Below, piece by piece: positions 53,593 to 64,000 of a stretch of 64,000 nt of DNA (its first letter is position 1; each line of letters starts with the position of its first letter). A model generated the notes under the pieces. That model was not told the DNA's origin. It ran no database searches and saw nothing but the letters and a program-made list of their open reading frames with translations. The DNA is taken from contig OW569386.1 in the NCBI GenBank assembly GCA_937625935.1, positions 1 to 64,000 of the forward strand, given 5' to 3'. Origin of the DNA: Tetramitus jugosus. Its lineage: Eukaryota; Protista; Heterolobosea. A program made the position numbers and the translations under genes.

Positions 53593-56037
53593 TTATGATT
53601 GAATTCCTAATTTTTCCATCAATTGACGAAGTATATTGTCCAATTCCTCCTGCTCGTCAAACAGTGCTTGAGACGACAACCTTTTGATCTGAAGATATTT
53701 AGGAACATGATGTTGAGCTCGCTTTAACAAATTCTGCATCTCCTCTTCTTCGATCAACACGTGCTGATTCAAATACGTTGTAAGCTGAGGCATTACCTTT
53801 CCGGGCGCGTGAACCAGCAGGTTCGCTTTGGTCAAAAAGATATATGTACAAATTCCAAGCAGCTGTTTTGCTGGACCGATCAACCTTGGAAGGACCATAT
53901 TCTTCAGTTCTTGTTTTCTGTTATTAAGGAATTCTTTCTCCTTCTTTTTATCCAGTTTCCTGAGGAATATGTTGAAGTGATCCGTCGTTTCGCTTAGTCT
54001 TTCCAGGAAACCATCCACATTACCCATAAGGGAGGAGTGGAGTGCACTGATGATTCGCTCGTTCTCCTCCGGAAGTTGTTGAGCAATCGATTTTATGATA
54101 CTGATCATCTCATGTGACAATTTGTCTTCATCTACATCAGCTTCTGATGAAATTTGTGTTAATACAGTTTCATCGAAAGTTATTTGTTGATGCAGAGCTT
54201 GGTTCTCTGCAATGACATAGGCAAGTTGAACGCACTTTGTTTTCATAAGATATTTTTCGAGCTGATGTTTGAGAGAGTTTTCGTCCACTTTCCGTTGTTC
54301 ACTTCTCTCTGCAATGAGTGCGTTAATAGCCTTAAAATGAAGCAATACTTCAAAGTAGAGATCTTGAGCCTTCTTCTCGAAATCTACATGTTTTTTTCTT
54401 CTGTCTGATGTGGCGTCCATGAACACACTGTCTCTGCATTTAATATACATGCTCTGCAACAGAGGCGTGATGTAATTGATAAGAGCATCAAATATTTCGT
54501 CAACTTCGTCATCGTACTGTGAAGGACCGTCGTCCTTGAGCACTTTTTGTACATGATCTATAATCTCCTTCTTATTTGGGACCAGCGATAAGAGTGCCTT
54601 ATCCTGATGCTTTGTGAACTTGGATTGGTCTTCTTCATCGTCCCCTGCAGTCTTTTTGCTTGTCTTTCCCACTCGCTTATTGCCCTTCTTCTTTGGTGCT
54701 GACTTGGATTTTTTGTTCTTGGATGATTTTGTGGCTTCTTCGTCAGAGCTATAGTAATCATCATCATTTGCATTGGTTGTCAACAATTTTTTCGTCTGGG
54801 ATGCCATGAATATCTTCACATCATTGTTAGCTCTTTCTGCAAAGGATGAAACAATGTCCTCAATGTTTTGTACAGTGATCAAATAAGAGCCGTTCAACAA
54901 AATAAATGGATCTCGTTTCATGTGTTGTCTGTGCTTCTCTATGCTTGGACAAAGGACGAGAAGCTGACGAATGTCTTCTTTCTCGAGTTGCGACGGCACA
55001 ACAGTCATGAGATCGAGTGGAGTATTGTTAGATATTGCTTCGTCAATCGATGCATCAAGTGTGTCACATAGAGAAGGACTAACGACACCCGTACTGACGA
55101 ATATTGCATCCGGAAGCTTCTCTTTGATATAGTTCTTTGTTGCGTTGGCACCACTCTTGAAATAGGTCATACTTTCGACACGCTGATATCCAATATATCC
55201 ATTCTGTAAAAAGAATGCAAGAACCGCTCGCTCCATTGCAGCCTCATACGCCTTTGGAACAAATATGCCTCGATGAACGGTGCCAAACACTCGTCTCTCC
55301 TTGACTAGTTCCTTGGTGATGGTGTCGAACAATGAGTCTTGAATTCCCTCAGATTTGACTTGAATGAGTGGTGTTGGACGAGTTAGCGCCAATAGAGCAC
55401 CTCTCACCTTGGCCTTCAATCTTCTCACATAATTCTGAGTGTAAAGTGTATCATCACCCAATCGCCCTTCAATCTTTCCATTAGTAATCTGCTTGGACAC
55501 CACACTCACAATAAACTCACTCGGCAGCACCAATTGTTTTGTTAAATCACTCAAAAACAGCACACCACTCTCCTGCAACGTCTCATTCACCTCTTGACAC
55601 ACTGCATTCAAATATTGACCCGTTAACAACTCACCCTGCACCAAATAGAGTCTTCTATTTTCACTCGTATCATCATTATTGCATGTTTCAACTTCATCAT
55701 CAGCACAACCACTGTTCATTCTCAACAATAATCGTCTGCATGATTGTTCAATGTGACCAAAATCAATGTTCAACAGCTCTGGCAAGTCAGTCTGATGAAT
55801 TCGACCTCCATGCACTAAAATTTGATCCATTACTTCACGATCCAACTGCTTCTCAGTCACATATTCACGTCCATCCATTGTAAACACGACATTTTCAAGT
55901 CTTTTTGATCGAATCAAGTAATTGACGAGTTCAATGACATTCAATTCGGATAATCGATGTTGGGTCGATTGTTCCTGAGCTTGAGTAAACTGCTTCTGAA
56001 GCTCCTCCAATGAAAAATCATCAATGTCAATCTCCAT
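53593..56037 (-). CDS. UFL1: E3 UFM1-protein ligase 1
   Basis: RLSELNVIELV, VFTMDGREYVT..QL..E....GGRI...L...LNID, F.QNGYI.Y, LDKKKEK. Confidence 0.92.
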   Translation of the reverse strand: MEIDIDDFSLEELQKQFTQAQEQSTQHRLSELNVIELVNYLIRSKRLENVVFTMDGREYVTEKQLDREVMDQILVHGGRIHQTDLPELLNIDFGHIEQSCRRLLLRMNSGCADDEVETCNNDDTSENRRLYLVQGELLTGQYLNAVCQEVNETLQESGVLFLSDLTKQLVLPSEFIVSVVSKQITNGKIEGRLGDDTLYTQNYVRRLKAKVRGALLALTRPTPLIQVKSEGIQDSLFDTITKELVKERRVFGTVHRGIFVPKAYEAAMERAVLAFFLQNGYIGYQRVESMTYFKSGANATKNYIKEKLPDAIFVSTGVVSPSLCDTLDASIDEAISNNTPLDLMTVVPSQLEKEDIRQLLVLCPSIEKHRQHMKRDPFILLNGSYLITVQNIEDIVSSFAERANNDVKIFMASQTKKLLTTNANDDDYYSSDEEATKSSKNKKSKSAPKKKGNKRVGKTSKKTAGDDEEDQSKFTKHQDKALLSLVPNKKEIIDHVQKVLKDDGPSQYDDEVDEIFDALINYITPLLQSMYIKCRDSVFMDATSDRRKKHVDFEKKAQDLYFEVLLHFKAINALIAERSEQRKVDENSLKHQLEKYLMKTKCVQLAYVIAENQALHQQITFDETVLTQISSEADVDEDKLSHEMISIIKSIAQQLPEENERIISALHSSLMGNVDGFLERLSETTDHFNIFLRKLDKKKEKEFLNNRKQELKNMVLPRLIGPAKQLLGICTYIFLTKANLLVHAPGKVMPQLTTYLNQHVLIEEEEMQNLLKRAQHHVPKYLQIKRLSSQALFDEQEELDNILRQLMEKLGIQS

Positions 56038-56225
56038 CTTGTTGTTTCTTTTTTTTCAGTGTCGGATCAATTTTACTATTTGATGGATAAGGAGAAATAC
56101 ACAAGTTTCAAGCTTCAATTTCAGTGTTTTGCGGAGTCGTGAAAAAGCCGGGTAGTAGAACTCCGCAGGGATAATGCTTGAATAGCAAGAGCGAAAAAGC
56201 AAAGCAAGCCAGCTCCAAAAAACAA

Positions 56226-58103
56226 ATGATGAGTTTGTGTGTTCTCAGTCATCACCATCAGCGTCGAGTGGTGTGGATCGCATTTGTGGTTGTGATTCTG
56301 CTGCTCGTTGTTTCTGCTTCTCCCACCACACAACAACAGCAACTAAATGTGCTATTGTACAGCAACCACTGGTACAATTCAACGTGTGAGTTGGGAGTGG
56401 CAGAACAGTGCAATGGAGGCCAATTTATTTGCATGCCTGTTGCGAATGATACCCTATCTGAAGTATCCAATGAGGAAAAGATGAAGTCTTTTTCTGCTAA
56501 TTGGTGGTTGAGCTATGTAAGAGCTTGGATCGCTCTGAAAGACGAAAGGAAGGATAAGAAGAAGAGGGAAATGGGTCGTTGTTTGAGCTGTGTGTCATCG
56601 TATCAGTGTGATGATTATCCACTGAACATTTGTAAGCCGATGACTTTGCACTGGAACGGGAGTGTGCATGCTGAGGAATCATCATCGTGGATATCTAGTA
56701 GTGAATATTCATCACAACTCGTGGGCAATGATACTCGCAAGATTGTGGTGCACGGATGTTCGAGAAGAAGTCTGATGCCATGGACAAAGCTCTCTTGGAG
56801 AGATTTAGGTGCTTCTGTTGCTTGTTTTGTCGGTGGAGCTCTTGCCGCTAGCTCTGGAATTGGAGGCGGAGGACTGTATGTTCCTCTATTGTTAATTATA
56901 GCGGGATATACTCCTCAGTTTGCTGCTGCCTTATCAACCTTAATGAGCATGGGCTTAAGTGTCTCTGGTTTCATTCTGATCATGTTTCGGAAACATCCTA
57001 AGGCCAATCGTCCGATTATTGATTACAAGACGGCTCTCATGTTGGAGCCTATTGTGCTTTGTGGTAGTACCCTGGGTGTGTTATTGAATGCTGTTCTACC
57101 CTACTGGTCACTGGTCGTTATCACTATGCTCACTCTATTGTTCATTGCTGGGCGCACCGTGCATAAAGGAATTGCAGTTCGAAAGTCTGAAACACGAAAG
57201 ACTGATGCCCTAATGACAAATGATCCAGACATGGACTTCTTCACGAGAGAGGACTATGAACAGCAAAAAGCACTTATTTACCAGGCTGAAGAAGGTGAGT
57301 CTGATCGATTAGTGAGCACTAACAATGAACAGCCAGAAGAGGATGACGAAGTGAGTTTATTAACAAGATCTGACAAAAGAATTCTCAGAGCTTTGCATCG
57401 GTTGGAATCTACTCGATTTCCAGTGCTCATATGGATCTTTCTTGCTATCGCATGGATCGCAGGCTTGTTGCCAGCGGTTCTTAGAGGGGATGGACATGAA
57501 CCAAGTGAAATGGGAGTGAAAGAGTGTAGTGGACTTTATTGGGGTCTAACAAGCATGCCATTTCCATTGCTAGCTGCTATATCCATTGGAACAGCCATCT
57601 TCTCGCACATACAACATCGAGAAAAAGTACGATTAGGATTCGAATTTCAACAAGGAGATGTGCGCTGGACGTTAAAGAATGCCGTGCTGTTCCCTCTCAT
57701 TTTCGTCTGTGCTGGTTTAAGTGCTGGACTACTAGGTGTTGGTGCAGGTGTGATTACTGGCCCATTGCTTTTAGAGCTTGGAATGTTGCCTCCAGTTGCT
57801 GTGGCAACTTCCTCTTTCCAAATTTTCTTTACCTCGAGCAATACTGCGGCTCAATATGCCTTCATGAAGCAACTGCCATGGGACTTTAGTCTGTGGTATG
57901 GAAGTATTTCTCTTGTATCAGGACTGATTGGTCAATATGGAATTGGAAGTTTGGTAAGAAAATACAACCGTTTCTCCGTAGCCATATTCTTGTGCTCAGG
58001 CATTATTGCCTTCTGTGCCCTGAGTATGGGTGGAGTGGGAATCTGGCGATCTGTCCAAGATGCAAAGGCAGGAAGACCTATGGGATTCAGACCTCTGTGT
58101 TGA
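56226..58103 (+). CDS. TauE/SafE (TSUP) family transporter with Cys-rich extracellular N-terminus
   Basis: SGIGGGGLYVP, HPKANRPIIDY, GLLGVGAG.ITGPLLLELG..P.VA.ATS. Confidence 0.88.
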   Translation: MMSLCVLSHHHQRRVVWIAFVVVILLLVVSASPTTQQQQLNVLLYSNHWYNSTCELGVAEQCNGGQFICMPVANDTLSEVSNEEKMKSFSANWWLSYVRAWIALKDERKDKKKREMGRCLSCVSSYQCDDYPLNICKPMTLHWNGSVHAEESSSWISSSEYSSQLVGNDTRKIVVHGCSRRSLMPWTKLSWRDLGASVACFVGGALAASSGIGGGGLYVPLLLIIAGYTPQFAAALSTLMSMGLSVSGFILIMFRKHPKANRPIIDYKTALMLEPIVLCGSTLGVLLNAVLPYWSLVVITMLTLLFIAGRTVHKGIAVRKSETRKTDALMTNDPDMDFFTREDYEQQKALIYQAEEGESDRLVSTNNEQPEEDDEVSLLTRSDKRILRALHRLESTRFPVLIWIFLAIAWIAGLLPAVLRGDGHEPSEMGVKECSGLYWGLTSMPFPLLAAISIGTAIFSHIQHREKVRLGFEFQQGDVRWTLKNAVLFPLIFVCAGLSAGLLGVGAGVITGPLLLELGMLPPVAVATSSFQIFFTSSNTAAQYAFMKQLPWDFSLWYGSISLVSGLIGQYGIGSLVRKYNRFSVAIFLCSGIIAFCALSMGGVGIWRSVQDAKAGRPMGFRPLC

Positions 58104-58144
58104 GTAGTTTATGTTCATATCTATGTAAAGTAATAATAAATAAG

Positions 58145-61100
58145 TTAATTTATCGTTTGTGTGTCTCCTGCGCTAGTGTCTTCAATTGACACAGTGGCAG
58201 CAGCCGGACTTGGGTGAGTCAACAATCTACTCTCATCATTCAGGGCGTCCAGTAGTTGAATTGATCGTTTTAACAGGAAGTCATGCGTTTCTTTGGTTGG
58301 ATTTGACTCAGTCTCATATGTTACTCGCCTATGCCTGTTCAACAAGAGGGCAAGTTCAGTAAAATCTCGATCTCCAAACACTTGATGCCAGTTGTTCCAC
58401 CCATGTTTGGAGATGGCTCGCAGGAGAATGATGTCATGAATACGATTCCACCCTTCCAATGTTGCATCGGTCCATTTATCAGATAGAATTCTAAACGTGT
58501 TCGTTAACATTCTTCTTTGATCAACATCAATCTTGTTGTGTGACAGGTTTCGGAATGGAAGCAACTTGTTCTGAATGCAAAAGAGATCTAATATTCTCGT
58601 CAAAATTTGCATTCTCATTCGATGTACTCCTTCTGTAGGCACCTTATCTGAGAATTGCTTTGCACTATTACTAGTGACTTCGTACAAATGTTTGATGAAC
58701 AGTACAGTGTAGTCTAGAATGTCCTGTTCTGATTTCTTTTTAAAGAGCGCATGAGACCCAATGTTTTTGGTCAAGTACTTTCCGAAATGGTGTTTAGATG
58801 TTCCTCCATTTGTCATACCATATCTCAATATTCCCTTTTTCAAAAATACCTTCCTCTGAGCTCGTGTAAACCCAAGAACTTCCACTTGGATACCTCTGCC
58901 AGTAAGTCTTGGTTGTGTATAGGCATGATCCAACTGGACAATATTCTTCAATTCAGAAATAAATGATTGAGAATGTGTTAAACTTAATTCATGCACAGAG
59001 CTTGGATCGATTGGTTGCTCGTACTTTGATGTTACTTCAGCCCAATAGTGAGCATCCTCGTTCAATACACACGTCTCAACAGAATTACTGGAGTTAGCAG
59101 CAATTACTGGCGGGAAAGGATACACATCTACAACAACATTCCGCGAAGAATCATTATTCTCCACACTGAACAAAGAGTCTACTCCATGACGCAAACATTT
59201 TTGTAGAATTCTCACATTCTTCAATGTAAGGAATAACGGTATATGTTGTGTATGAGATTGGTTCACGAAGGCTTCCTCAATGGTGTCCTTCATTACTAAT
59301 CTGAAAAACTTGACTTGCACAGGATTAGTGAATGAGAGCAACGGATGTACAACTCCATCTAAAATATATACATCGATACCGATTTTGATCGGTGTTTCGA
59401 CATAAATAAGTGGCGAATCAGTAACCAGAATGAATGCGTCTTCATCCTCAAAAAATTTGGTGAGTAATTCGACTCTTTCTTCTTCGCTCATAGTCTTCCG
59501 AAGAATCATAAATTGAGCGTCATGGTACTCCCTACAGTATGCCATCGCAATCTTAAAGTTATTTTGACTATAAAGTACAATACGCTTTTCGTTGTCGGGA
59601 TTGTCAAGCATTCGGTGTAAAGTATCCAATTTGCTCGAAAATTGAACAAGATTATTTTGTGTTCGGTGGTACATCAAGGAACTTGTTTGATTGCAAACAT
59701 TCTGCAATTGATCGACCACACTTAGCAACCTTTCAACAAAATCAATGGCATTGCTCTCGATTCGGTTTGTCAGTGTTTTCTTACTATCTATCAGCACTCC
59801 TTTATAGATATCTTTCTGTTGCGCTGATAGGGGAATAGATACAATCTGCTCCTGTTTTAAAAGATTACTTGGATTGAATCTTCGAAGTACGTACGAAGTT
59901 AGAGCAGCACCATAATTTGGCGTATCGGTATTGGAATTTTCAATGAGAGCGCGCTCGAAAGAGAAATAATTTTCAAATTGATTAGGAAGCACGACATTCA
60001 ACATGTGCCAAATGTCGACCAAGTTGGTAAAATTCATCGCGGTTACTGCAACAAAATATGTTTTGGCGACAATGCTCTGCAAATCACTGAGAGTCATTCT
60101 ATCAATCTTGTCAATAGCATCTGCTATGAACACAGCCGAGGGCATCTGCCTGATAAAGCTATCATCCTTGTCGAGTAGCTCATAGGTTGTAATGATTACA
60201 TTTGCGCGCATGCGCTCTGTATCTTTCAGAATCGCACATCTTAATCTCTCTCGTATCGTCTCATCCATCGAGCAATATAGAAGGGAATATAAACCTAAAC
60301 CCCATTCCTCAAATATAGTTTGCCACATTTCGGCATCGCGTCTCGTTTTCGTCGTAATGATAAAAGGTCCATGAATATTGTGCGTATGAAACAATGATGC
60401 AAGAAACATTGCTACTTGAACCTTCTTCCCCAATCCACAATCATCGGCTAACACTGCATTCTCGCTCTTCAAAAACTTGTGCAGTAGCCAATGGAAACCG
60501 AAAAGTTGATTTTGATCTAACGATTTACCACTGGCGTCAATAAACTTTGGTTGTTCTGTAGGCTCTGACTGCTTTGTTGTTTCACTATCGACAACTCTTC
60601 TGCTAGTATCCAAAGTATGATAAGAAGGCATTTGATTGTACTCGCTCACTAACAAATTCAATTCGGCTTTACAATCGCTGCACTTGGCGTCAATATCGAA
60701 CATGGTCTCCCATGTACACTCATCGATCGATAATCCCTTCCACTTTACCAAGTAACACAAATCACCATCTTCATCCACCTTGTCTGCTAACAATTTTTCA
60801 ATGCGCAACCATTCATCATTCACAATATTTATACGCGCGTACTGACTCGTTGAGTACAGCTTATCAAACTTACTTAATATTTCAGGACAAAGCATGTCGG
60901 TCAACTTCTCAGGTATCCACAAATTGTGCCAATGCGAATGATTCTGAAACTTGACTAATACATCGTATGGTGGTACCTCAATCTTGACACGCTTCGTATC
61001 ATCCTTGTTTCTATTTGCTTTCGAGTAGAAAATACCCGATACTGGCCTTCGACCAATAATCGATTCGATTTTATCAGGGAACGACTCAATCAAATTCTGC

Positions 61101-63211
61101 ATTTCATTACCAGTGAACATTGCTCTCTTCTCTTTGATAGCAAGGTCGATCAATCGCTTTTTGACCTTGGTCCCTCCTTTTGGTCCCTTTGTTGCAGTCT
61201 CCTTCGCGCCAGTGCGCTTCGAGGGTGTCGTCTCCTTCAAGGTTTCATCCGAACTTTGTTCAGTTCTATTAATTGTTTGTGAAGTGGGGGATGACGCCAA
61301 TCTGCGCGGCATGTAAGTAACTTTTGGGGGCGAATATGGAATATCTTCTTCTTCGTCGCTGCTACTGCTCACAGGTTTTTCTACAACCCTCTTCTTTCTT
61401 CCACGTTTCTTCGGTGTTTTCTCCAACGTTTTGGCTTCATTCTGTTTCGATGTTGGTGGCGCAGCATCAACAGGAGCAGAAGCAGTAGTAGCAGCGTTTC
61501 GAGTGAGCCTCTTCAGCTGAGAATTCGGCTTCACACGAGGGGACTTGTTCTTACTATCGTCAGTTTCTTCATCTGATAAGAACGTGAGGAGTGTGGGTGA
61601 TGAACTCTTCTGTCTCTTCTGACCTGATTTCGAAAAGACAATCGATGGTCTGTCAGCTACCACTTGATTCGATGGCGTACGACTCACTTGTGAAATAGAA
61701 GATGATGGTGGTTCATGATTCCATGAATTACCACCCTCAACATGATCATCATCCATATAATCACCATTATCACCTCCAAAGTTAAAATCTAAATCCTCGA
61801 CATAACGTTTATCATCATCACTAGTGCTACTACTCTCAATTTTCCTTCTTTCTCTCTTCTTCTTCTCGCCCTTACTCTTCTTCTTTGCACGCTTCGAATG
61901 ATGTTTCTTCCGCTTGGTGTGATGACGATGACGATGACGATCACTCTCACTATCACTACCGCTACTCGTATCACTAATCACGACAATTTCTGGCTTGACC
62001 ACAATGTTCTTCAACCACAGTACATTACGACGACGATCATACAAATACTTGTCATTAGATTTGGGTTTTTTCTCTTCTTCACTATCACTACTGCTACCTC
62101 TGTACTCATCATCACTATCACTATCATAGCTACTACTACTGCTGCTACTTGTACTATCACTACTGCTATAGTGACGATGATGACGTCGATGATGACGACT
62201 GCTGCTGCTGCTGCTGCTCCTGCGATGACGACGACTACGACGTGAATGTGGCGATGACGATGATGATGACGATGAACTGGACGAACAAGACAATGATTCT
62301 CTCTTACTCAATTGTCGAAGCACTCGAGATGACAATCGTATCATTGTCGATGGTTGTTGTTGTTGTTGAAGCACTAACTGAGAAGATGACGACGGTGGTG
62401 TCATTGCATTCATTGTTGTTGTTGTTCTCGCTGTTGATGTCGTTAATGATGATGATGATGGTGATGCAGAAGGTGGTGGAGTATTGGGTGTTTTGGGTGT
62501 TCGTGGTGGATAGGGCTGTCTCGGTCCAGAACGACCCATTTTTGGTGTGGATCGAATCACAGTGGATGGTGGAGTCAGTTTAGGTGGTCTTCCTCTTCTC
62601 TTTTTTGGTGGTGGAGTCGTAGCATTGATCAATGCACCATGAGTAGCGGCAGTAGTAGTCAAATTGAGTGCAGTAGTATTGATGGCAGCCAACAGTGGAG
62701 GTGCTCCTCCAATCATGCGACTCGTGGTTGATGCATCAACTGCAATAGGTGATGAGGGAGATGGTGCGAGTGAAGCTGCCACAGAAGCCACCAATGATTG
62801 ATAATGTTGATAGAAATCAGGTGCAAAAATATTGCCGATTGCAGTTGTTGTTGATGATGATGATGATGATGAGTTTGGTGGTGTCAATGGTGATGGTGAT
62901 GATGATGACGATGGGAAAATAAGGGGAGGTGTCATCGGTGTAGTAGTAGTAGTTGTAGTCGCTGTCGTAGTTGTTGTGAGAGGAATTTGAGGTGGTACTG
63001 CAGTGCGTGAAGATAACAATGATGATAATGATGATGATGATGATGGAGGTGTAGATGGTAGTGGTGGTGTAGATGGAGGAGTAGTGGGAAGAGTTGATGA
63101 TGGTGATGATTGGCTCTGAAGATGTTTTTGTTGTTGATTCTCATCATCAGAGTCAACATTGATCACATCTGTCAAGAAGACAGAGTAACTCATCACTTTT
63201 TCCTGAGACAT
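58145..63211 (-). CDS. CHD3/4/5 (Mi-2/PICKLE)-like chromodomain protein with degenerate SNF2 ATPase
   Basis: AT-hook KRRGRPPK; two chromodomains (LVKF...SHWHNLW, YLVKWKGLSIDECTWE); LADDCGLGK; VEVLGFTRAQRKVF..RYG; W.R.HD..LL.AI.KHGW. Confidence 0.85.
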   Translation of the reverse strand: MSQEKVMSYSVFLTDVINVDSDDENQQQKHLQSQSSPSSTLPTTPPSTPPLPSTPPSSSSSLSSLLSSRTAVPPQIPLTTTTTATTTTTTTPMTPPLIFPSSSSSPSPLTPPNSSSSSSSTTTAIGNIFAPDFYQHYQSLVASVAASLAPSPSSPIAVDASTTSRMIGGAPPLLAAINTTALNLTTTAATHGALINATTPPPKKRRGRPPKLTPPSTVIRSTPKMGRSGPRQPYPPRTPKTPNTPPPSASPSSSSLTTSTARTTTTMNAMTPPSSSSQLVLQQQQQPSTMIRLSSRVLRQLSKRESLSCSSSSSSSSSSSPHSRRSRRHRRSSSSSSSRHHRRHHRHYSSSDSTSSSSSSSYDSDSDDEYRGSSSDSEEEKKPKSNDKYLYDRRRNVLWLKNIVVKPEIVVISDTSSGSDSESDRHRHRHHTKRKKHHSKRAKKKSKGEKKKRERRKIESSSTSDDDKRYVEDLDFNFGGDNGDYMDDDHVEGGNSWNHEPPSSSISQVSRTPSNQVVADRPSIVFSKSGQKRQKSSSPTLLTFLSDEETDDSKNKSPRVKPNSQLKRLTRNAATTASAPVDAAPPTSKQNEAKTLEKTPKKRGRKKRVVEKPVSSSSDEEEDIPYSPPKVTYMPRRLASSPTSQTINRTEQSSDETLKETTPSKRTGAKETATKGPKGGTKVKKRLIDLAIKEKRAMFTGNEMQNLIESFPDKIESIIGRRPVSGIFYSKANRNKDDTKRVKIEVPPYDVLVKFQNHSHWHNLWIPEKLTDMLCPEILSKFDKLYSTSQYARINIVNDEWLRIEKLLADKVDEDGDLCYLVKWKGLSIDECTWETMFDIDAKCSDCKAELNLLVSEYNQMPSYHTLDTSRRVVDSETTKQSEPTEQPKFIDASGKSLDQNQLFGFHWLLHKFLKSENAVLADDCGLGKKVQVAMFLASLFHTHNIHGPFIITTKTRRDAEMWQTIFEEWGLGLYSLLYCSMDETIRERLRCAILKDTERMRANVIITTYELLDKDDSFIRQMPSAVFIADAIDKIDRMTLSDLQSIVAKTYFVAVTAMNFTNLVDIWHMLNVVLPNQFENYFSFERALIENSNTDTPNYGAALTSYVLRRFNPSNLLKQEQIVSIPLSAQQKDIYKGVLIDSKKTLTNRIESNAIDFVERLLSVVDQLQNVCNQTSSLMYHRTQNNLVQFSSKLDTLHRMLDNPDNEKRIVLYSQNNFKIAMAYCREYHDAQFMILRKTMSEEERVELLTKFFEDEDAFILVTDSPLIYVETPIKIGIDVYILDGVVHPLLSFTNPVQVKFFRLVMKDTIEEAFVNQSHTQHIPLFLTLKNVRILQKCLRHGVDSLFSVENNDSSRNVVVDVYPFPPVIAANSSNSVETCVLNEDAHYWAEVTSKYEQPIDPSSVHELSLTHSQSFISELKNIVQLDHAYTQPRLTGRGIQVEVLGFTRAQRKVFLKKGILRYGMTNGGTSKHHFGKYLTKNIGSHALFKKKSEQDILDYTVLFIKHLYEVTSNSAKQFSDKVPTEGVHRMRMQILTRILDLFCIQNKLLPFRNLSHNKIDVDQRRMLTNTFRILSDKWTDATLEGWNRIHDIILLRAISKHGWNNWHQVFGDRDFTELALLLNRHRRVTYETESNPTKETHDFLLKRSIQLLDALNDESRLLTHPSPAAATVSIEDTSAGDTQTIN

Positions 63212-63244
63212 TGAATTTTTGTTTTTTTGCTTGTTGTTGTTGGA

Positions 63245-64000
63245 TTAGCATGTGAGTTTATTGCTCGAGTGTTGTAGTGCGTAGAATCCAATCATTTGCT
63301 GGACAATCTCGCATGATTCTCTGCTCTTGGGTCCCTGCGAACAACATTCATAGTATGGAATGCGGTTCGACTGGCAGAACTTTAGAGCTGTTTTACCCAT
63401 GGTGTGTTCCACCTGAAGATCCTTCTTCAATCCAATCATCAGAACAGATATGTCATCTGATTGAAATTTCTGTACATAGCTGTGAAACCTTCCAGAATCA
63501 CTTGTAAACTGATTCAAGGATTCTTCATTAGTCAAGTCAAACATGAGAACGACGAGAGATGCTTCATTCAAGTAGGATCGAATAATGAACTCGAACCGAC
63601 TCTTTCCTGAACAATCCCACATTACAATCTCGCTATTGTTATTGTAATCGTACCTAAAATGTTGAACTCCAATTGTGCTCGAAATGGAATGATTCGGTGG
63701 ATAGTCATCTCTAAACTGGAGACGCTGCACAAACGAAGTCTTGCCAATAGAACTTTCTCCAATCAGTACCACCTGATACTTGTCGATTCTATAGGTTTTG
63801 CGCATTTGGTTCGATACATGTCCTCCTCGTTTCATCCAAGGTCCTTCATTGTGAATCCACATGTACAGCATCTTCCTCTCCCACTCGACGAGGCGATATC
63901 TTCGTTTCCAGCAAGTCAATTCCTTGATGTGGTACTCAAGCTGAGGGGAATGATGATATCTATGAGCATCGTCCATTAACAATTTCACGATTCGACAACT
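63245..64000 (-). CDS. Rab-like small GTPase domain protein, probably 5'-truncated by the window end
   Basis: GESSIGKTS, STIGV, WDCSGKSRF, GLKKDL, C-terminal Cys; N-terminal extension runs toward the window edge. Confidence 0.8.
   Translation of the reverse strand, partial: SCRIVKLLMDDAHRYHHSPQLEYHIKELTCWKRRYRLVEWERKMLYMWIHNEGPWMKRGGHVSNQMRKTYRIDKYQVVLIGESSIGKTSFVQRLQFRDDYPPNHSISSTIGVQHFRYDYNNNSEIVMWDCSGKSRFEFIIRSYLNEASLVVLMFDLTNEESLNQFTSDSGRFHSYVQKFQSDDISVLMIGLKKDLQVEHTMGKTALKFCQSNRIPYYECCSQGPKSRESCEIVQQMIGFYALQHSSNKLTC

Overview
Left end of a gene-dense eukaryotic chromosome (standard code, few short GT-AG introns). Gene content suggests a heterolobosean, Naegleria-like protist (inference). 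1-716 is a (CCCAAA)n telomere (G-strand TTTGGG). The subtelomere (~717-9100) holds the most unusual structure: a lone tyrosine-recombinase (YR) gene (2788-4932, minus strand) bracketed by three arrays of 39-bp units. Each unit carries GGAAC-N6-GTTCC, and the 6-bp core mostly alternates between palindromic CAGCTG and asymmetric CAGATA (once inverted). Two arrays lie in ~0.4-kb direct repeats, and short interstitial telomere tracts mark the junctions. A Mutator-like (MULE) transposon (4987-7471; ~100-bp TIRs; perfect 9-bp TSD GTTAAACAT; frameshifted DDE+SWIM transposase) is nested between the YR gene and its likely TATA box. From ~9.2 kb onward there are ~26 tightly packed host genes: Rid family, CHASE-PAS-RGS, STK-AAA-GAF hybrid histidine kinase, methyltransferase, BolA, BCS1-like, SLC19, PEX16, MTFR1/PRR11-like, secreted Cys-rich peptide, RCC1-like, F-box proteins, RAD9, DGK1-like, Zn2Cys6 TF, PHF5-like, RPL30, DRP5-like dynamin, ABCA, UFL1, TauE, CHD-like and Rab-like. 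All family calls come from motif recognition by eye; no searches were run.
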